Positions 61,372 through 64,000 of a DNA stretch of 64,000 nt are shown here, piece by piece. The translations under genes were made by a program, and so were the position numbers. Positions within the stretch are counted from its first letter, which is position 1; each line of letters opens with the position of its first letter. The stretch is from the NCBI GenBank assembly GCA_001443375.1, contig LDXM01000005.1, positions 13,388 to 77,387 of the forward strand, in the 5' to 3' direction. Below the pieces are notes generated by a model. It was not told where the DNA came from, did not search any database, and saw only the letters and a program-made list of their open reading frames with translations. The stretch is from Chloroflexi bacterium CSP1-4. GTDB lineage: Bacteria > Chloroflexota > Limnocylindria > Limnocylindrales > CSP1-4.

Positions 61372-63048
61372 TTACAGGGCGGCGATGAGGGCGTCCAGAC
61401 CGGCGTCCGGGTCGGCCCCGAGGCCGACGCGCAGGACGGGCCGTCCATGCGCTCGGAGCGACGCGAGGTCGCCCAGCGCCTGGGCGTCGATGAGCATGCC
61501 GAAGCTCTCGGCGGCGCCGGGAATGGGCACGTCGGCCGGGTGATCGGCGACGAGCTGCAGGAAGCAGCCGGTCGGCGGGCCGCCCTTGTGCAGCTGGCCC
61601 GTGGAGTGGAGGAGGCGCGGACCGTAGCCCACGGTCGTGGCCAGCCCCGTGCGGGATCGCAGCCGCTCGCGCAGGGCGGCCAGCCGCGCGTCCCGCTCCG
61701 GCGTGCGCGCGACGTAGGCCTGGACGGCGACGTAGCCGTTCTCGGGCGCGAGCGCGAGGTGGGCCCCGAGCCGGGCGGCCAGCGGGGCGCGGACCGAGAG
61801 GCCCTCCTCGGCCGGCAGGCGACCGAACTCCCGGTACCCGGCCAGCACGCGCCGGGTGTTCTCCTTCGACTCGGTCACGTTCGGCTCGTCGAAGGGGTCC
61901 ACGCCGATCACGGCGCCCGCGACGGCGGTCGCGAACTCCCAGCGGAAGAACTCCCCGCCGAGCCCCTCACCCTCGGGGATGACGAGGTCGATGACCGGGT
62001 GCCCCGCGGCCGCGAGGCCGTCGAGGGTCACATCGGTCTCGGCACGCCAGCCGGCGGCCGCCTCGCGCGAGAGGCGCACGAAGATGCGGTCCGGGCCGTA
62101 GTCGCCCGGCGCCCCGAGCGGCTCGCCATCCACGGGGACGATCCCCCAGCCGTTCTTGCCGGTGCTCTCGGCCACGAGCTGCTCCGCCCAGGCGCCGAAG
62201 CCGGCGATGCCGGGCTCGATGACGAAGGTCAGCTTGTCGCGCCCCTCGAGGGCGAGGGCGCCGAGCGCCGTGCCCAGCGCCAGCCCCGGGTTGCCCGCGT
62301 CCTCGGCACGGCAGGCCTCGGCCATCCGCCGGCCGTCGGCGAGGAGCGCTTCGAGGTCGAGGTCGAGCAGCGCGCCCGGCACGAGGCCGACGTAGCTGAG
62401 CGCGGAGTAGCGGCCGCCGATGTCGGGCGGGTTGAGGAAGACGGCCCGGAACTCGTCGCTGTGGGGGACCGCCTCGAGGGCCGGGCCGGGGTCGCCGATG
62501 GCGGCGAAGTGCTCGCCCTCGTCGCGGCTGCCGATCTCGTGGTGGCCGGCCCGCTCCAGCGCCCAGAAGTGCTCCAGGAAGGCCAGCGTCTCGGTCGTCG
62601 TGCCCGACTTGCTGGCGATGAGGTAGAGCGTCGTCGACGGCTCGAAGGCCTCGGTGGCGCGGCGCACGGCCTCCGGGTCGGTCGAGTCGAGGACGCCGAC
62701 GGGGATGCCCTCTTCGCCCATCGGGTAGGCGCCCGCCAGCACCTCCGGCGCGAGTGAGCTGCCGCCCATGCCGCACACGAGCGCCTGGCGGATGCCCGAT
62801 GCGCCGGTGGTGGCGGCGAAGACGGCCAGCTCGTCCATGTGGCCGCCGAAGTGCTGCGGCGCGTCGAGCCAGCCAAGGCGGTTGGCGATGCGCGCCGCGA
62901 CCTCCGGGTCGGCCGTCCAGACGCTCGTGTCGCGACCCCAGATGCGGGCCGGCCAGCCGGCCTGGAGCGCGGCGTCGAGGGCCTCCTCGACCGGCTTGCG
63001 GAGGAGGTCGGGGATGCGGTAGCGCTCGATGGCGGTGGGGTCGGTCAT
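61372..63048 (-). CDS. pgi: Glucose-6-phosphate isomerase (of the type found fused to transaldolase in some lineages)
   Basis: ORF 61372..63048. GMGGSSLAPEV, IASKSGTTTET, GGRYSALS, FDEPNVTESK. Confidence 0.85.
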   Translation of the reverse strand: MTDPTAIERYRIPDLLRKPVEEALDAALQAGWPARIWGRDTSVWTADPEVAARIANRLGWLDAPQHFGGHMDELAVFAATTGASGIRQALVCGMGGSSLAPEVLAGAYPMGEEGIPVGVLDSTDPEAVRRATEAFEPSTTLYLIASKSGTTTETLAFLEHFWALERAGHHEIGSRDEGEHFAAIGDPGPALEAVPHSDEFRAVFLNPPDIGGRYSALSYVGLVPGALLDLDLEALLADGRRMAEACRAEDAGNPGLALGTALGALALEGRDKLTFVIEPGIAGFGAWAEQLVAESTGKNGWGIVPVDGEPLGAPGDYGPDRIFVRLSREAAAGWRAETDVTLDGLAAAGHPVIDLVIPEGEGLGGEFFRWEFATAVAGAVIGVDPFDEPNVTESKENTRRVLAGYREFGRLPAEEGLSVRAPLAARLGAHLALAPENGYVAVQAYVARTPERDARLAALRERLRSRTGLATTVGYGPRLLHSTGQLHKGGPPTGCFLQLVADHPADVPIPGAAESFGMLIDAQALGDLASLRAHGRPVLRVGLGADPDAGLDALIAAL

Positions 63049-63063
63049 CGGTCGGTCCTTCCC

Positions 63064-64000
63064 TCAGGCGGTGGGGACGCGATGCCGGTCGGGTGCCGGC
63101 GAGACGACCCCCCGCACCGTGCCGGTGAGGACACCCCGGGCGACCTCGGCCACGTGGGCGGGGGTGAAGCCGAGGTGCTCGAAGATGGTGGGCGCGGGCG
63201 CAGAAGCTCCGTACCGCTCGATGGCGATCATCGCGCCCTCGGGGCCGACCCAGCGGTCCCAGCCGAGCGAGACGCCAGCCTCGATGCTGACGCGCCGCGT
63301 GACCTCCGGAGGAAGGACGTCGTCGCGGTAGCCCGTGGGCTGCGCCGCGAACCGCTCCCAGCAGGGGAGGGAGACGACCCGCGCGCGGATGCCCTCGTCC
63401 TCGAGCTCCTTGCGCGCGGCCACGGCGAGCTGGAGCTCCGAACCGGTGGCGATGAGGATGACGTCCGGGGTGGCCGGATTCCCGAGGCCGTCGACGGCGT
63501 CGGCCAGGACGTAGCCGCCACGCCGGAGGCCTTCGACGGCCATCTCCGCCGTGCCGGCCAGGACCGGCACCTTCTGGCGGGACAGCGCCAGCGCCACCGG
63601 CCCGTCCCGTCGCTCGGCGGCCAGCCGCCAGGCGGCGACCGTCTCATTGGGGTCGCCGGGGCGCACGAACCAGAGGTTGGGCATCGCCCGTAGCGCGGCA
63701 TAGTGCTCGACCGGCTGGTGCGTCGGGCCGTCCTCGCCCAGCCCCACCGAATCGTGTGTCCAGACGTAGACCACGTGCAGGCCGGCCAGGGCGGCGATGC
63801 GCACGGCGCCGCGCATGTAGTCGCTGAAGGTCAGGAACGTGCCCGCGTAGGGCAGGAAGCCGCCGTGGTAGGCGAGCCCGTTGGCGATGGCGCCCATGGC
63901 GTGTTCGCGCACCCCGAAGCGGAGGTTGCGACCGTCCTCGTGGGCGGTGAAGTCGCCGCCGCCCTTCACGTCGGTCAGGTTGCTCTCGGACAGGTCGGCC
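63064..64000 (-). CDS. tkt: Transketolase, C-terminal two-thirds (5' end beyond the window)
   Basis: ORF 63064..63969 and its upstream continuation. FGVREHAMGAIANG, THDSVGLGEDGPTHQPVEH, LRPGDPNE. Confidence 0.9.
   Translation of the reverse strand, partial: ADLSESNLTDVKGGGDFTAHEDGRNLRFGVREHAMGAIANGLAYHGGFLPYAGTFLTFSDYMRGAVRIAALAGLHVVYVWTHDSVGLGEDGPTHQPVEHYAALRAMPNLWFVRPGDPNETVAAWRLAAERRDGPVALALSRQKVPVLAGTAEMAVEGLRRGGYVLADAVDGLGNPATPDVILIATGSELQLAVAARKELEDEGIRARVVSLPCWERFAAQPTGYRDDVLPPEVTRRVSIEAGVSLGWDRWVGPEGAMIAIERYGASAPAPTIFEHLGFTPAHVAEVARGVLTGTVRGVVSPAPDRHRVPTA

Overview
This is a high-GC (about 70%) bacterial chromosomal segment. Its gene content looks actinobacterial or similar (opcA, an F420-type luciferase-like oxidoreductase, many GTGA/ATGA-coupled operons). 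The six-frame track is dominated by long antisense and off-frame ORFs, which is normal at this GC content. I chose frames by recognisable protein motifs, GC3 and start/stop coupling, and this supports about 57 genes.

Layout:
- (1) 1-14830: a cell-surface glycan locus. It holds a ParA-like ATPase, a CPBP protease-like protein, two GT2 glycosyltransferases, a secreted beta-helix protein, two tandem paralogous secreted proteins (one frameshifted), a large polytopic membrane protein and a MOP flippase.
- (2) 14840-19215: two metallophosphoesterases and a tandem pair of HPr-kinase-like P-loop proteins.
- (3) 19220-24323: an MBL-fold hydrolase, a MoaD-MoaE fusion, a decayed DUF4258-like gene, and an orphan lysine-5,6-aminomutase-alpha-like protein.
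- (4) 24334-45131: a CoA-dependent catabolic island. It holds CoA-transferase A/B, a USP, a Liv-type ABC importer, a MenB/BadI-type crotonase, a family III CoA-transferase, a thiolase, a B12-mutase large subunit without a B12 domain, an LLM oxidoreductase, and an operon combining an aryl-CoA ligase with a split PEP-synthase-like kinase and an amidohydrolase-fold decarboxylase.
- (5) 45147-50340: gabT, pruA, a HAD-IIA hydrolase and an S51 peptidase-like protein.
- (6) 50755-56788: a Zn-ribbon protein, an SbcD/SbcC-like pair, an EamA transporter and adenosine deaminase.
- (7) 56815-64000: the oxidative pentose-phosphate operon pgl-opcA-zwf-gnd-pgi-tkt.

I saw no rRNA, tRNA, CRISPR array, transposase or integrase.

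The best candidate for something undescribed is the operon at 39046-45131, a phenylphosphate-synthase-like split kinase with an ACMSD-family (de)carboxylase in place of a UbiD carboxylase. Secondary candidates are the tandem HprK-like kinases, the two orphan B12-mutase-type large subunits, a roughly 200-nt structured element at 50410-50615, and a thrice-repeated 10-nt motif upstream of gabT.

All family assignments come from motif recognition by eye. No database search was run.
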